Assembly (NCBI GenBank): GCA_047495785.1
Contig: JBLDXI010000032.1
Span: forward strand, 3,472,001 to 3,536,000
From: Lepidodermella squamata
Taxonomy: Eukaryota; Animalia; Gastrotricha
Reading direction: 5' to 3'
DNA length: 64,000 nucleotides
The notes beneath the pieces were generated by a model, which saw only the letters and a program-made list of their open reading frames with translations, searched no databases and was not told the DNA's origin. Positions within the stretch are counted from its first letter, which is position 1; each line of letters starts with the position of its first letter. The position numbers were made by a program, and so were the translations under genes. Below are positions 1 through 12,698 of this stretch, piece by piece.

Positions 1-2
1 GT

Positions 3-3000
3 TCGCCTGATTCTAATAAGCTGTTTCTTCACGGTGGCTTTTCGTTGAAGCCGTCGCTTCGAATAGTGCCAAATCCTTATGTTTACATGTTCGATCTCAC
101 GAAGAGGAAATGGTCCATTTTGTTGGCTACAGAGCCTCGGTATTTTCACTCGACGGCTCTTGTGCCGGCAAGATATAAAAACAGCGAGGAGGTGGCAAGT
201 TATACTGGGGCGATGGCGTTGATAGGCGGTCGTATGAGTTCAGTTGACGTTTTGATGATTGACACTCGTTGCGGGGCTATTATTCCAGCCGATGGTGGCT
301 CGAACTCTACATTAGGCATGGGCCTAGCCACCGCTGTTGCTCCGCTGCGGTCTGAGCCGTTTTTTCGAATTCTCAGCAGTGGAGGAATCTATAACGCAAC
401 TTTCGTTTCTCCAGCGGAGCCTCGAGACTTAAAAGTAAAACTGCCCTCTGTTCCTCGACAATGTCAGAGCAACTCAGGCCAGTCTAGATCGCAAGATAGC
501 TACTGGCGGTGCGGACTAGCTCTAAACCCGGCTGTTATGTTCCAAAGCAATTCCTCTCGATATTATTTCGATGTCTACGTGCCAACCGGTGATGAACTGG
601 CGACGTTTGTAAACGTCGATAATCTAGCGAACATTCTACTACCATTGACCTCAAAATCTGTCGAATGGGTCGTCCAGTGTCGAGGCTGGATGCGACTTCA
701 ATCCGTTGACGGCATGACCATCGGCGCTAGCAGCTCAACAGCAGCCACTTCAAGCACAACGACCGGCAAAACTGATTTAAACTTCGGATTTGCTGCGTAC
801 CTTTTCATCGATGGAAATTTAATCAGCGGCTACCAGCCACTTGAAGGGGTGCCGCCGCCTTCGCTACCCCTGCTCGACCCGCTTGATCCATCTCGCCGGG
901 TAAGAGCCGAGTCGGGAATTTTCGATGTCATGATTTTTCTCAATGGCTATGGACCTATCGTTCCAAGTGGGTCTAACATTCAATTGCGATCAAAGGTCAG
1001 TCCAATAATATAATTTAAGGTGGATTTTATTGTGATTTTGATTTAGGGCGGTGCGACGCTTTTGACCCCGAGAGATCCTCCGCCGACTGTTGCTGAATTA
1101 GCTTGCCTATCACCGACATCCCAATACAGTTGCGTAACTTGCCTCCTGAATTCAGCTTGTCTCTGGATACCCGGCTCACCCGGGCAATGCGTAGTTCGCC
1201 GCTCATCCGACCCGTCTAACCCAGACGCGGGCGATGACGAAAATGCTGTTGAGGTGATCCGCGAGCCTGGCGCTTGTCCTTCCTGCTTTCAGCACTCAGT
1301 CTCATGCCGCGACTGCACCTTCTCGTCCGAGTCTTGCACATGGCTGCCCGGCCTCGATATTTGCGCCTCGCCGCTAGTTACATTCGACCTACCCGAGGCA
1401 ACTCGCACTTGCCCAATGCCGTGTTTGAGCCGCAAAACCTGCGAGCAATGCACAAGCTCCCTCGAAGATGACCTGCAGTGTTTGTGGAGCGCTGAGCGAT
1501 CACTCTGCGTCGATCTGTGGATGGCTGAGGCTGGTCTTCCGCTGGCGATGGGTTGTACACGTGGCTGTCCATCATCCGCGGCTGCGATTTCAACAACGCC
1601 GTCGCTTCCGGCCACGACTACACTCTGCTCGGATGATAACAGGTGAGAAGAAGAAGAACGCGCTTTTACAGAGAGCAGGATTTCACGTAATTAGCCTACA
1701 TGCGATTAATCACATATGACACAGACTGAAAAATCGATTTTAGCGGGGTGTGTTTTTTCGCCAATCTCAAGTATCATGTTACGTTCAGGTGTTTTTTCAT
1801 GATGCCTCCGAGCAGAATATTTTCTTATAGCATTAGAGGAATGACGCGAGGATGAAGTTGCCAAATTTTCGATTAATTTTCCTTTTTTCATGTCTCTTTC
1901 ATCGCAGCTGGTGTGGAAAGCCGAGCGACTTTTGCGTGAGAATGATGACGGCGGGTATGTTAGGCACCACTACAACAACTACGGCGCCAACGAACCCGGT
2001 CGACGCTTTCCCGTTCATGCGTGACGATTACGTACAACCACCAACCCCGAAACCGACAAATTTCACCTTTTCAATGGACCTACCAGTCCCTATTGATTTG
2101 AACATCGATCCGCGGCTTCTGCTGCTCAGTGAGTTCAATTTGACCATGGAAACGATATGTTCCGGTCACGGGCGTTGCGTGCCACCAGGTCGTTGCGCTT
2201 GCGACCAGTTTTGGCTCGGAGACTGGTGCGAAAAGGAGTGTCGATGTTACGGAGATGGGAAGTGCCTCGACGCAGCCCGGCCTGATGTTTGCACCTGCCC
2301 ACCCGGGGCGATGGGCACATCATGTGAGCGATGTCAACCTGGCTTCACCGGGAACCCGAAAAACGGGGTGCCATGCCGCTCTTGCCGCCAGGCTTGCAAC
2401 AACAACGCGGAGATTTGCGTGAGCCGTCGCGCAATTACCGATCAAAACGTCTCAGATTTCGCAGGTCTTGACTGGCGGAATTTTCCGATTGCCGAGCAAG
2501 ATTCAGACATCATGTGCTTGAATTGCCGTGGCGATACTGCTGGTAATACCTGTCAGTCGTGCGCTGTAGGATTTTTCCGACCGATGTTTCCGATCGCGCG
2601 CAGTTTTGAAAGTCCTTTCCGCTGTCAACCGTGCCAATGCAACGATCACGGCTCGATTTGCAGCGAAAACGGCGGCGGTAATTGCCAATGCGAGGACAAC
2701 ACTCGCACCACGTCGCAAACCTCGCCGATGATGGCTGGGTGTAATTCCTGCTCGCCACCCTTTGTCGGCGATCCTAGGAACGGCCGGCCGTGTTACCTGC
2801 CGGTTAGTCAGAGTCAAATGTTGTGTCTGCTTCAGGATGGCATGCCGAGCATGACGGCGCGGTTGGTTGCTGCGACTAATGCGAGTGATTTGTCTAACTT
2901 GTGCCGCTATTCGCGTGATTCGGTCATGTTGCCGTCGACTAGCATGCACCTCGCCTCGCAGATTCCATTAGCTAACGAGCTGCGCATTTTCGTTGGCATC

Positions 3001-6000
3001 ATCAGCGGACAAGTCGATTTAGGTAAGAACCCTCATCGTGTTTCGATTAAAAAAATTCGACTGATTGAAATTTTATGAATCAGTCATGGAAATGATAGTG
3101 TGAAGATCAAGCCTTATCGAAAAAAATGGTTTTTTTTGCGGGAAATTTGAAAAAATTGTTTATCGTCACTGAACCAGTTATTGTAGGAGATTTCAAATTT
3201 TCAGATTTTTGACCCATAAAATGCTTCTATCCCACGTGAAATAACGAAAACAGTGTCTCCCCGATAAGTAGCCGTTTCGGGTTGATGGGGAGACGCTAGC
3301 CTAATTTTTCGAATTTAGCAAAATTCAGCAAAATTCCTCATCTCAGCACATCCCATAATTATAATCGACGGAATGTATGATGGTGACATTACAATTTTCT
3401 ATGAAGTGGATTCGAGCGTGATTCGAAATCAATATTGTAGAATGCGGAATTCTTGGAATTTGTGTTTTTCCGTTAGTAACTTCGAAATCGAAGTTTTTCT
3501 GCCACCAAATTGAATCTGAGCATCGTTTTGATAATAGTTCATAGGATCTGGAAATCTAACAATGTCAAAAATTTTCCCCCAATTTTTGACGGTCATTATT
3601 TATTCCTATTATTAAGAATTTTCGAAGAAGTGGATCGGTTGATCTTTAATTTTTCTTACCCCAGTTTTTTGCAGGACATCGCAAACACGTTACCTAGGTG
3701 TCAGGAACCTTTGTTGATTAGCCTTATCTTCGTCATAGCGTTTCCTTAATACGTGAATACTTAGTCTAGTAATATTTCCGTAAAGACAGCAACGACGTAG
3801 TTCTTGATGAATCATTGGGTATAGTGATCGAGGCTATTTTAGACCTTGAAAACAATTCTCTCTTTGAGCATAATGATAATTTTGATCCAAGTTTTGTTTT
3901 TATTCATCGTAATTCCTGAACTCATCAAGTAATTCATAATCCTTCCAACAATTGGACAATTTCGGAGAAAACAACAATCGGAATGGGGTCAAAAGTCTAG
4001 AATGAAATTAATTTAATGGAGGTACAATTTCTTAGCTATAATAGCTTCGATCCCATTAATCGAACTAAACTATTCGGAAATGATTGTTTGAAATTTGTAT
4101 TTATTTTCTATTTTCTCCAGTGATGACATTGAGCGTCACCACTCTCCGCCCGCCTCCTAGAAACAACGCAAGCCGCTCTGCATCGAGCCTCACACGCCGT
4201 GCCCGGGCGACTGTAAGCGGTAACAACCGAGTCGTCGCCAACAGCGGCTCGACCTACGACAACATTCTCGAAGTTCAGCCCGTGCAAAACGCACCGCGCG
4301 ACCCGAAAGGCGACTCGGTCATCTACGTGAGCCGATCTCAACTCGCCTACACGCCTATTGCAGTTCGAGGCGTCAGCGGGCGCGTGACAATTGTCGTATC
4401 ACCGCCGACTGATCGCATGAGACACGGCGACGATTCAGACGACGGCGACAACAGCCAACAAACTAATAACCAACAAGCGATTATTTTCTATCTTAGGATA
4501 ACAGCTATTTCGCAAGCGACTCTTCGAGCGAGATCTATCAATGAGGATGCGTATTACACGTTCAATTCCTCAGATCAGGCTGGTCAAACCATCGGCGGTG
4601 TGGTTGTTTTCCGCCAAGATCAAGTTCAAATCGATGTTTTCGTATTTTTCTCAGTGTATGTTAATAATTTGAATTTTTTTAAGGGGGAATTTTTATTGTT
4701 TATTTGCAGATTTTTGGCGTTGTTTGTGTTGTTACTTCTCGGTTTGCTGCTAGTCATAAGATTTCACGCTGTTCTCACCGAACGCCGGCGACTTCGAGCC
4801 CGCCAACAAAGGAAACGGGCCATGATTAAGCGTCCCTTCGGGTGTAGTTGGCCGCGGTTCGATCTGCCCCTCCTCCTTCACCCGGTCACAAAGGCGCCGA
4901 TGAAAGTCACCGACTTATTCCTACCGCCAGTCGGAACTGACGCAACGCCTCGAACAATCAACGTGCAGAAGGGCAAGGAGCAGAAAGAGCCGGAGAAAAT
5001 GGCGAATAAAACCGCAACTGTCGTCCTGCTCCAGCCTACAGCGAATCAAAAGGCGGCGATCACCACAGTTTTGATTCGACTGCCTGTTGCTAGGCCGGTT
5101 ATGAGGCAAATGTCGACGTTGAGCGGGTTCGACGTGAATGAACAAACCGCGATTGTCACCTCAGTCCCACCGCCGCCTATGGCGTTCGGCACTTTGATCA
5201 TGAAAGTCGTAGTTCAGGAGCAGAAGAAAGGCCCGTTGGGTCACCGCAAGTCGCGCATTGTCTCGCCGGTGAAGCCCGGCCGGCAGCCGTTGTTTGAGCG
5301 CGACCCAACTGATGAGTTGATAATAGGCGGCCCGTACCCGCTAGTCACCCCGTCGCCGGTCAATTACAACCCGGCGGCGATCGGCTCAGCGACTACGGCA
5401 TCGGTGAGGCAAAACACGCGGTCATCAGTCCGACTCAACACGCCGTCGTCAATGACGTTGCCCCCTACCCCAGACACGGTGGTTTCGTCACGTGACGGCG
5501 GGGATGATCTCGAGGATTTGATTGATGATATCCTAGGCGATTCTAACCCGCCTAGCGCTAGGCATACTACAACTGCTCGACCACGAGGGTACCACCGAAG
5601 GGGTGCGCAGCATGGCGGCAGGGCTAGGCCGATGGCGGCTACGAATAGAATCGCGCAACCGGCGATCGTTGGCCGCCGGTTCAGTTTCGACCCGTCAACG
5701 CCCGTCCCTCGGGTTGCCATACACGGGCCCGAGGCATCGGTCCCTGAGCCGCCACCCCCTCAACCCCCTGTTCAAGCGAAATTAGTCGCTACAGTGTCAG
5801 TTCCTATGGCTAAAGTCGCCCCGGTCCCATCGACGAGCCAAAGTACGTCGAAAGTCGTCCCAGTCAGCAATCAGCTGCCGCATGTTAGCTCGAAAATCGC
5901 CCCAGCACCTGCGCCAGCGACAAATCTAGCTCTGAAGCCGTTGCAGCTCGAGCGTGATAACTCAGCGTCTGATATCAGCTTCAGCGGCGCAACTCCGGTA

Positions 6001-6264
6001 TCAACGGCTCGCAGCGAGGATGTCTTGATTCCTGAGCTGCCCGATACGCGGAATGCGCGGCAAAATCGCATGAGTTCGTTCTTATCGCGAGCTCGGGGCG
6101 GCATTTTAGCGGCTGCGTTTGCGAACCGCCCGCCGTTGCCGCCGAATGGGCGTCAGAAAACAGCGCTAACACGGCGCTCGTCTGTCCCGTCGGCTCAGCA
6201 ACGGGGTCAGCACTCGATTCATGCGCCGAATTCAGTTCACAGCGAGGAGGATTCTGCAATTTAA
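3..6264 (+). CDS. MEGF8: MEGF8 (attractin/MEGF8 family) type I membrane protein, 5'-partial
   Basis: Kelch-like motifs (LFLHGG, YFHSTAL, ALIGG), PSI repeats (CVTCLLNSACLW, CEQCTSS..CLWS), EGF/laminin-EGF repeats (CSGHGRC, CERCQPGFTGNP, CQCNDHGSIC), MEGF8-type juxtamembrane FRQDQVQIDVFVFFSV, TM helix, MASRPF-like MIKRPFG and LQPTANQKAAITTVLIRLP. Phase-consistent introns 996-1046, 1643-1907, 3023-4120, 4656-4709. Confidence 0.88.
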
Positions 6265-7146
6265 CGCTAATTAAAATCTAGTCATTTCTACAACTCGTAT
6301 TTTTTATATAAAATCTGCTTTTTCAATCTGCTGTAATTTTCTGAATATATAACGTAAATTCTTTCGTCTTTCTTTTCGAGAACAAAAAGTTGTAAAAACC
6401 TAGAAAATTCTCTATTTTTTTCGATAATGATCGAGTTACAGATAATATTTTCCCCTGATATTATATATTTCTATTATTTTTATTTCGTTTGGCAATGCGA
6501 GGAAATAAAAAAAGCATGCAATTAAGGTGTGTTTGTTTTTTATGACGACTACCGCTTTCGCGTTTTTTCGACTTCCAGAGGAAATTGCGGGCCTTGGAAA
6601 AAACGCAATGCATAATGCATGGTGAAGTGATTTCGATAAATTGACATCATCAAGCGGGCGCATAGTTACGCAGAGAAGTGACTGCAATTTAGAGCTATAT
6701 AGTCACTCTGAATGGATTTGGCATGCTTTCACATAAAAATTGCCGCTTTCAGCATTCAGCCGCGACTGTCGAGTGAAAAAAACCATCAAAAGCCGTCCGG
6801 CATTCTTTGTTTAATTTATGGTTAAATATTTACAGTTTTTTAGGCGATATCATGTGAGATATATATCATACGCATAGAGACATTATTTCAAGTTTTTTCA
6901 ATCCGGTGCATTAAATCCACGCGGCTGCTATGGGTGACTTCTTGCCGTTTGGTCATCATCAGTGACGAACCATTTATATTCGCGATCATTTACTGCAGTA
7001 ATTAAATGAAGCGAGAGAAGGCTGGTGGCCGTCATCAGCAGTTTTTAGTAGCCTCTGTTAGGCAGGTAGGGCCATCGTTTTTTCTCATTACCTCGTCGAG
7101 TAATCGACAAAAACAGCTTTTAAAACCTAACATTACCACGCAGAAA

Positions 7147-7168
7147 CAACAACAACAACAACAACAAC
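7147..7168 (+). repeat. (CAA)n microsatellite, probably in a 5' UTR
   Basis: About 7 CAA units just upstream of ATG 7180. Confidence 0.8.
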
Positions 7169-7179
7169 ATGCAGTAAGC

Positions 7180-7674
7180 ATGCCATCGCACGGTTTGCCT
7201 CGCCTGGCGCCAATTATCGAATCAGGCGAGGATGAAAACAACGACGATTATTACTACGACCAAGTAGCCGCGAAAACATCGCCTCAACGAAAAAAGCCGC
7301 TAACGGAGCGCCAAATTCAAGCGTCATTAGTCGCAGAGGAGCGGGCGCCGATTCGAGTCCATCACAGGCTAAAGGCGCCTCTGCCTAGCAGTAGCAACGA
7401 ACCAGCGGTGCGAGCGTTTTTTCCTTCTCTCAGAGTCGAGGGGCGTCATGCGAAATCGCTACCGCAACTGCCTGAACTGCCCATCAAAGGGCGATACCAG
7501 CCGGCAGTAGTCATCGCCGCGCAGAATAAGCAACCACCGCCGCACGCCAACAATTCGCCGTACGTCTTGACGGCGCCTGGGGCTACTAGCGACGTATTTT
7601 GTAGTCTCAAGCAGATAAAATGTTCGATTTACAAGCCGGGTTCGACGCGAGTCATGTCACAAGCCGAGTTGTGA
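7180..7674 (+). CDS. Disordered orphan protein 1 (ORF is open from 7006; ATG 7180 preferred)
   Basis: P/S/R-rich ORF with LAPIIE, LRVEGR and LPIKGR motifs shared with neighbours; AATAAA at about 7734. Confidence 0.65.
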   Translation: MPSHGLPRLAPIIESGEDENNDDYYYDQVAAKTSPQRKKPLTERQIQASLVAEERAPIRVHHRLKAPLPSSSNEPAVRAFFPSLRVEGRHAKSLPQLPELPIKGRYQPAVVIAAQNKQPPPHANNSPYVLTAPGATSDVFCSLKQIKCSIYKPGSTRVMSQAEL

Positions 7675-7901
7675 AATAATAATTATTGTAATATTCATTT
7701 TTCTACGTCGTCGTGTTGCTTATATAAAAAATGAATAAAAGGCACAGGTATTGCGCGTTAAATGTCGACTTTTTCACCCGCAGCACCAATCTCTAGGGTA
7801 CTACAGCGATTTATTATCGATTTGACGCGCTGCGGTGATAGCTGAGAATTTCACGCCATTTTTCTTTTATTTTATATAAACTCGTATATTGTTCATAACT
7901 C

Positions 7902-8708
7902 ATGGATCGTCCATTGAGCGGAAAATTAGGCAGTAAAATTCCAGTTCTTACAGGTCCGTGGAATGGTGGGTCCTACTCGACGCCACTTCAACTGCTTGAA
8001 AATCGCCCTAAATCTGAGCGCCAGTCTCGAAAGGTGATGGTTCTAGCTTTGTCATCGCTCGAACACGGCTCAAAAATTCAGCGGCCTGTTTCAGGCGTCA
8101 AAGCGACAACTTCAGCTGCGGTTAGACGGCGCCGGTCTATGAGCTTACAACAGTTGGCACCGATTGATGAAGAGCCGTCGCGACAACAACCATCACCGCA
8201 GGTTTTTAGCGAACGTAGCGAGAAGATTGTTCAACAACAAATCAGAGCAGCAAGTCCACGCTGGTTGGAATTGCGACCTCGAGGCAGTGCTCATCCTGAA
8301 TACGTCGAACCAATCAGCGAGGAAGACCAGCGTAATTTCGAGCAGTATTTCCCGAAGGTCCGAACACCTCGCAACTGCAATTCGGCAAACGCGGCCAACC
8401 TCGCAGGGCGTTATGGCGTCCGGGTGGCGACTGATGCGCCGATGAACCTCGCTAATCTTCGAATCGAAGGTCGTAGCAGTATTAATAGCATCCCAGCGCC
8501 GAAAGCTTCGTTCTACCATGCTTATCCCCCACCGCCGACCCCAAGTAACGAATTTGGCAGTATTGTATCGCTGCGGTCAAGTGCCGTCGAAACGCCTCGA
8601 TTAACCGGGCGCCATCTTGAAGAGATTTTCAACTCAACCGCGCCATTGAATCAGAAGCATGCACAAAGACAAGGCCTTTCATCTGCGGGATATTCATGGG
8701 CGAAATAA
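7902..8708 (+). CDS. Disordered orphan protein 2
   Basis: 268-aa ATG ORF with AT-rich flanks and AATAAA at about 8728; motifs SKIP, LAPIDE, LRIEGR. Confidence 0.75.
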   Translation: MDRPLSGKLGSKIPVLTGPWNGGSYSTPLQLLENRPKSERQSRKVMVLALSSLEHGSKIQRPVSGVKATTSAAVRRRRSMSLQQLAPIDEEPSRQQPSPQVFSERSEKIVQQQIRAASPRWLELRPRGSAHPEYVEPISEEDQRNFEQYFPKVRTPRNCNSANAANLAGRYGVRVATDAPMNLANLRIEGRSSINSIPAPKASFYHAYPPPPTPSNEFGSIVSLRSSAVETPRLTGRHLEEIFNSTAPLNQKHAQRQGLSSAGYSWAK

Positions 8709-9052
8709 CCACTTGATACTTTTTTGCAATAAAAAATGAAAATTTGCCCTCAAAGTGCGTGCTGTCAGTCATTTCAGGTAGTATAATTATTCCGTGTGTC
8801 GGGTCTTTTGATGCGCTGCGTATAGTAAATATAAGGCATCAAATTAGTTTCTTGCATCGCATTGATTTGTTTTTAATGTGAATACCACATAGAATATGTG
8901 TGAAAATACGCCGAGCTCGTCGCAACCAGCCTTGGTTTCCCAGCAGAATAGTGATTGGCAGATCGGGCATGACTCCAACAGCATGCTGTGCTTATTCGAC
9001 TACAAGCGTTTAGAAAATCTATCCGCGAAACTAACAACAACAAAAGTATTTA

Positions 9053-10372
9053 ATGGCCGACTCTGGGATAGTCGATTCGAGGACCTCTTCGACCACCTTC
9101 CCAGCTTCCTCGGCGACAAGCTACAGCAGCAGGATAAGATCCGAAGAAGTTCCGTCTTCCTCCGAACTAAATAGGCAAAAAACCTTCCGGAAAATTCTTC
9201 TCCCAAAACTTATTGTCGCCGAGCAATCACCTGTTTTCAGTGAATCTCGCAATCGCAAAAATGGCAAGAAAGGTAGCAAAAGTGTACCTGATAAACCTAT
9301 TTTACCCCCCGTCGACCGGACTAAAACTATCTTGATCGAACGGGATCCAACTAACAAGTTCCAGCTGCCAGAAGTTCCAGTAGCTGCTTACGAAGATCAA
9401 AGCAACGAAGACCGGTCTTGGCAATTCCTACAACGCAGGTTGGAAGATACAACTTTGCAGGAAGAATATCAAGTTGTAGATGGAAACTTGAAAAATCGTC
9501 AAAATTTGGCTGCGATGGTTGCTGAGCAACTAAACAGCGACAGGCACCCACTAGCGACAGGGACCGAAACTTACGAAAAAACCCTGGAGCAAATTCTGAA
9601 CAATGCAAAAATCGCTACTCAACTTCGAAAATTGAGGCCGATAAAGAAGGTGGAAAAGATTCGAAATACTAAGCCGATGAATGGCATATCCTCGAGCGAA
9701 AGTGGCAGCCAAGTAAACTCTGTCTTCACAACTTGGTCCAATGTTCACATAGCCGTTAATGTGACTCATAAATTCGGCAAGAAGAAGATGCAGAGAACAT
9801 CCGGCGATAACCCTGATGTCAAAAAAGACGAATTTCGGGACCCGGTCATATATCAGGCTCAACTTGTGACTATGGCTGGAGAAAAGCGAAATATCAGCGT
9901 TTTTATCAGTTGTAGCGGGCTGAAAAATCCTGCAATCGCTGACATATCGACAAATCTGCAGCAGTTTTACTACATAGAATTGAGCCGAATTCACCTGAAT
10001 GCCAAGAAACAACAGGCTTATCAAGCGGTTGACAAGCAAAAGGTATACATCATTAGCTGCTCAGTTTTATTATTTTCCAAATTTTTTTCATAGATATCGG
10101 CGTGTGACGTAGCTGTAGTCTGTTACGATGAAGAGTACGCCAATGACAACTACTGCATAGCCGAGGCTAACATGATTGCTGGCTTCAAAAAACCGATGGT
10201 ATTCGTGCAAATGCAAAGCTCAGCGAGGGCCAAAAAATGGCTCTTACTCCTCCTGAAAAGGCACAGTATATCGTATGCCTTTGTAAGATACACTGATTTA
10301 TCACCTCTTGCTGGCATCACTAAGGTTAAGGCTGCAATAGAAACGACACTTGATAAATTTTATTCTTATTGA
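9053..10372 (+). CDS. TIR (TIR_2-like) domain protein 1 with long disordered N-terminus
   Basis: Exons 9053-10042 and 10094-10372 (51-nt intron). TIR pattern VFISCS...ISACDVAVVCYDEEYANDNYCIAEANMIAGFKKPMVFVQM...KW; AATAAA at about 10405. Confidence 0.8.
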
Positions 10373-10712
10373 GGGTCTCGAATCAATCAACATTTAATGC
10401 TTCAAATAAACAAAGTTTATTTACGTTATAATTTTCGCACGTTTATTTTGATAAGCCTGCGAGATGTGAGACGTTCTCCATGACACCATTTTCCCAACCT
10501 GTAGCAACCTTTAATATTGATTTATCTGGAAGCTTCGGGCTATCGCACGTCACGGCGTGGCGAAATCGACTCAACCACCTAAAACGTAAGTTAGACAACG
10601 CTTATATTATATTATATCACCGATCAATTGCTATCTGTCTTCTTTATCTAGCCGAGGCTATAAGCAGTACTCAGCCTGTGCACTCATTGAATAAGGCTTT
10701 AATCTAGCTTTC

Positions 10713-11420
10713 ATGGACTACAGCGTGGAGAGAATGTTCTCAACTTCCTACTCGTATTATCCTCCTCCAGCTCAACCATTATGGATAGTAAGGAATTCAA
10801 CGACTAGTTCAGTTTGCAATACCAACGATGATGACGCCATGTCGATTTCATCGGGGTTCAGCCGGTAAGAAACCTTTCAAATTTTCACAACAATTCACCT
10901 GTTTCGATTATACAGGGCTAGTCTGAAGAGCGCCAAGTCGTCACAGCCTTTTGAATCAGTACCTCCTAGTCAAAACAGCCCGCGAAAATCGCGGTTACAA
11001 TCAGCCCCGCTTGAAGTTCTGAAATGGACCAACAAGTCGGGCGAATCGAAATACCAAAGTGTTGCTCACTTCCCCCTTATAGTCTCTAAAATGCCGTTTC
11101 TAAGCGTGGAAGGCCACTCATCCTCGGCAACATCAGCTCCCCCGTCAGTGGCGTCATCTTACAGCAGGCCTCAAACTCAGCAATCAGCTGTTACACCTCA
11201 TCCGAAATCGGCGATGTCTAGTTCGATGACATCTTTGCAAGTTGCGAAATATGAGAATAACACAGCGATGGAGCGCCTGCAAAGAGTTTCAGACATTTTA
11301 GCGAAAAATCGCGAATCTGCGCGATCGAAGAGGACGCGGCTAAATCTAGCTGGTGGGCTAACTGTCCTGTACCCATTTCCCCACAAGCAACAATTATTGA
11401 ACTATGACTACAAAATCTAA
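10713..11420 (+). CDS. Disordered orphan protein 3 (two exons)
   Basis: ATG 10713 (MDYSVERMFSTSYSYYPPP); intron 10865-10915 (GTAAGA...TACAG) joins in frame to the 11091 ORF; LSVEGH motif; AATAAA at 11451. Confidence 0.7.
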
Positions 11421-11637
11421 CTTGCATAATATATACAGACATTTTTATCGAATAAAATGAGCTAACGGCAACGTGTGATTTTCTCGTTTAATATTCAGTG
11501 GCAGCGTTTCAACAACAATAGCATTTTTTGTGATAAAATCGATTTCCTACTCGCAGGAATCTCTTCTCGTATTATAGTCGACTTTGAACAAGAAATCCAT
11601 CACCGTTAAATCAGTTAAATCAGTTGATTTCGCATAA

Positions 11638-12336
11638 ATGAAAGTAGAACGGCCCGTTTACCACCTTCCGGTTACCAACGCCGATTTCGTCCCAATCAAG
11701 TACTTGCGCGATTTTCGTGAGCTGAATTTTCATCAAGGCAACAGCAGATTTGCAGCTATTGCTACAATGTCAACAGCCTTCTTGAAACCGGCAGATGCGA
11801 CCCGTTTATCCAACTTACCGGTTATAATCGATGGCCAGAGTAATGATACTGCTGATAGAACCTCGAAGCGAGTTAGATTCGCTGATACCGATGAAGGCCA
11901 GCCTTCGCCTATTACCGGCTTGATCGTGCGAGGAAATGCGAATCTCGCCGATTCACCTCAAAATCCTAGCAATAAAACATCAGCGAAACCTGTCGAACTA
12001 CCCCCGCTATTCCAGACAACTAAGCAGCCAACAGAGAGCAAGAGCCGATTTTGGCACAAGAAAAGTCGAAGGTCAGATGAGGTGACCTTGACTTTTAACA
12101 ACAGCGGAATAGAAGTGAATGGTTATGGATTTAATAGCAAAAATCACTACACCGCCTCGAACGAATCGCTTCAGGTGATGCCACCTATCCACTCGTCTCT
12201 TGGCCACAGACCGTTTAATCGAAAGTTGACACCGATGAAAAACGGCCGGCTTAAAATTTACACGAGCCCTGCTATGGACGAACAAGCATTAGCCGATCTA
12301 ATTTCAGCGAATTGTCACTCATTTAAATTTCTGTAA
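11638..12336 (+). CDS. Disordered orphan protein 4 with PP1-type RVxF motif
   Basis: 232-aa ATG ORF with KRVRFADTDE, LIVRGN and LPPL; AATAAA at about 12455. Confidence 0.75.
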   Translation: MKVERPVYHLPVTNADFVPIKYLRDFRELNFHQGNSRFAAIATMSTAFLKPADATRLSNLPVIIDGQSNDTADRTSKRVRFADTDEGQPSPITGLIVRGNANLADSPQNPSNKTSAKPVELPPLFQTTKQPTESKSRFWHKKSRRSDEVTLTFNNSGIEVNGYGFNSKNHYTASNESLQVMPPIHSSLGHRPFNRKLTPMKNGRLKIYTSPAMDEQALADLISANCHSFKFL

Positions 12337-12698
12337 TTTTCTCAGCTCTTCGGGTTTATGTAGTACTCTCGTCGTCTCTGTATAACTAACTTCCTGCTCT
12401 TTGAGGTTAAAATTAGTTCATCTTTCCGTGGTGCATTTCTTGAAAACGGACTTGAATAAAATCATCGCTTTCTTGCGAAATTTGGCTCGTGTTTTGAATC
12501 GTTGGTTTCCACGTAACGTGCACCAAGGAGTATGACAGGCAAAGTATAAAAAAACCTGCCGATCATCACCCACAGTTCACAGCTATTACCGTCATTCGCA
12601 AATGAAAAATCGATTTTACACCACCAACCACCGGACTCGGCTACAACACGAAGTGTAAAACGAATCATTATTTCACTACCGCATTTTACAGCCACCAA

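Noticed and set aside
7006-7179. PolyQ N-terminal extension of the 7006 ORF
   Set aside because: More simply a CAA microsatellite in a 5' UTR ahead of ATG 7180; not fully excluded.
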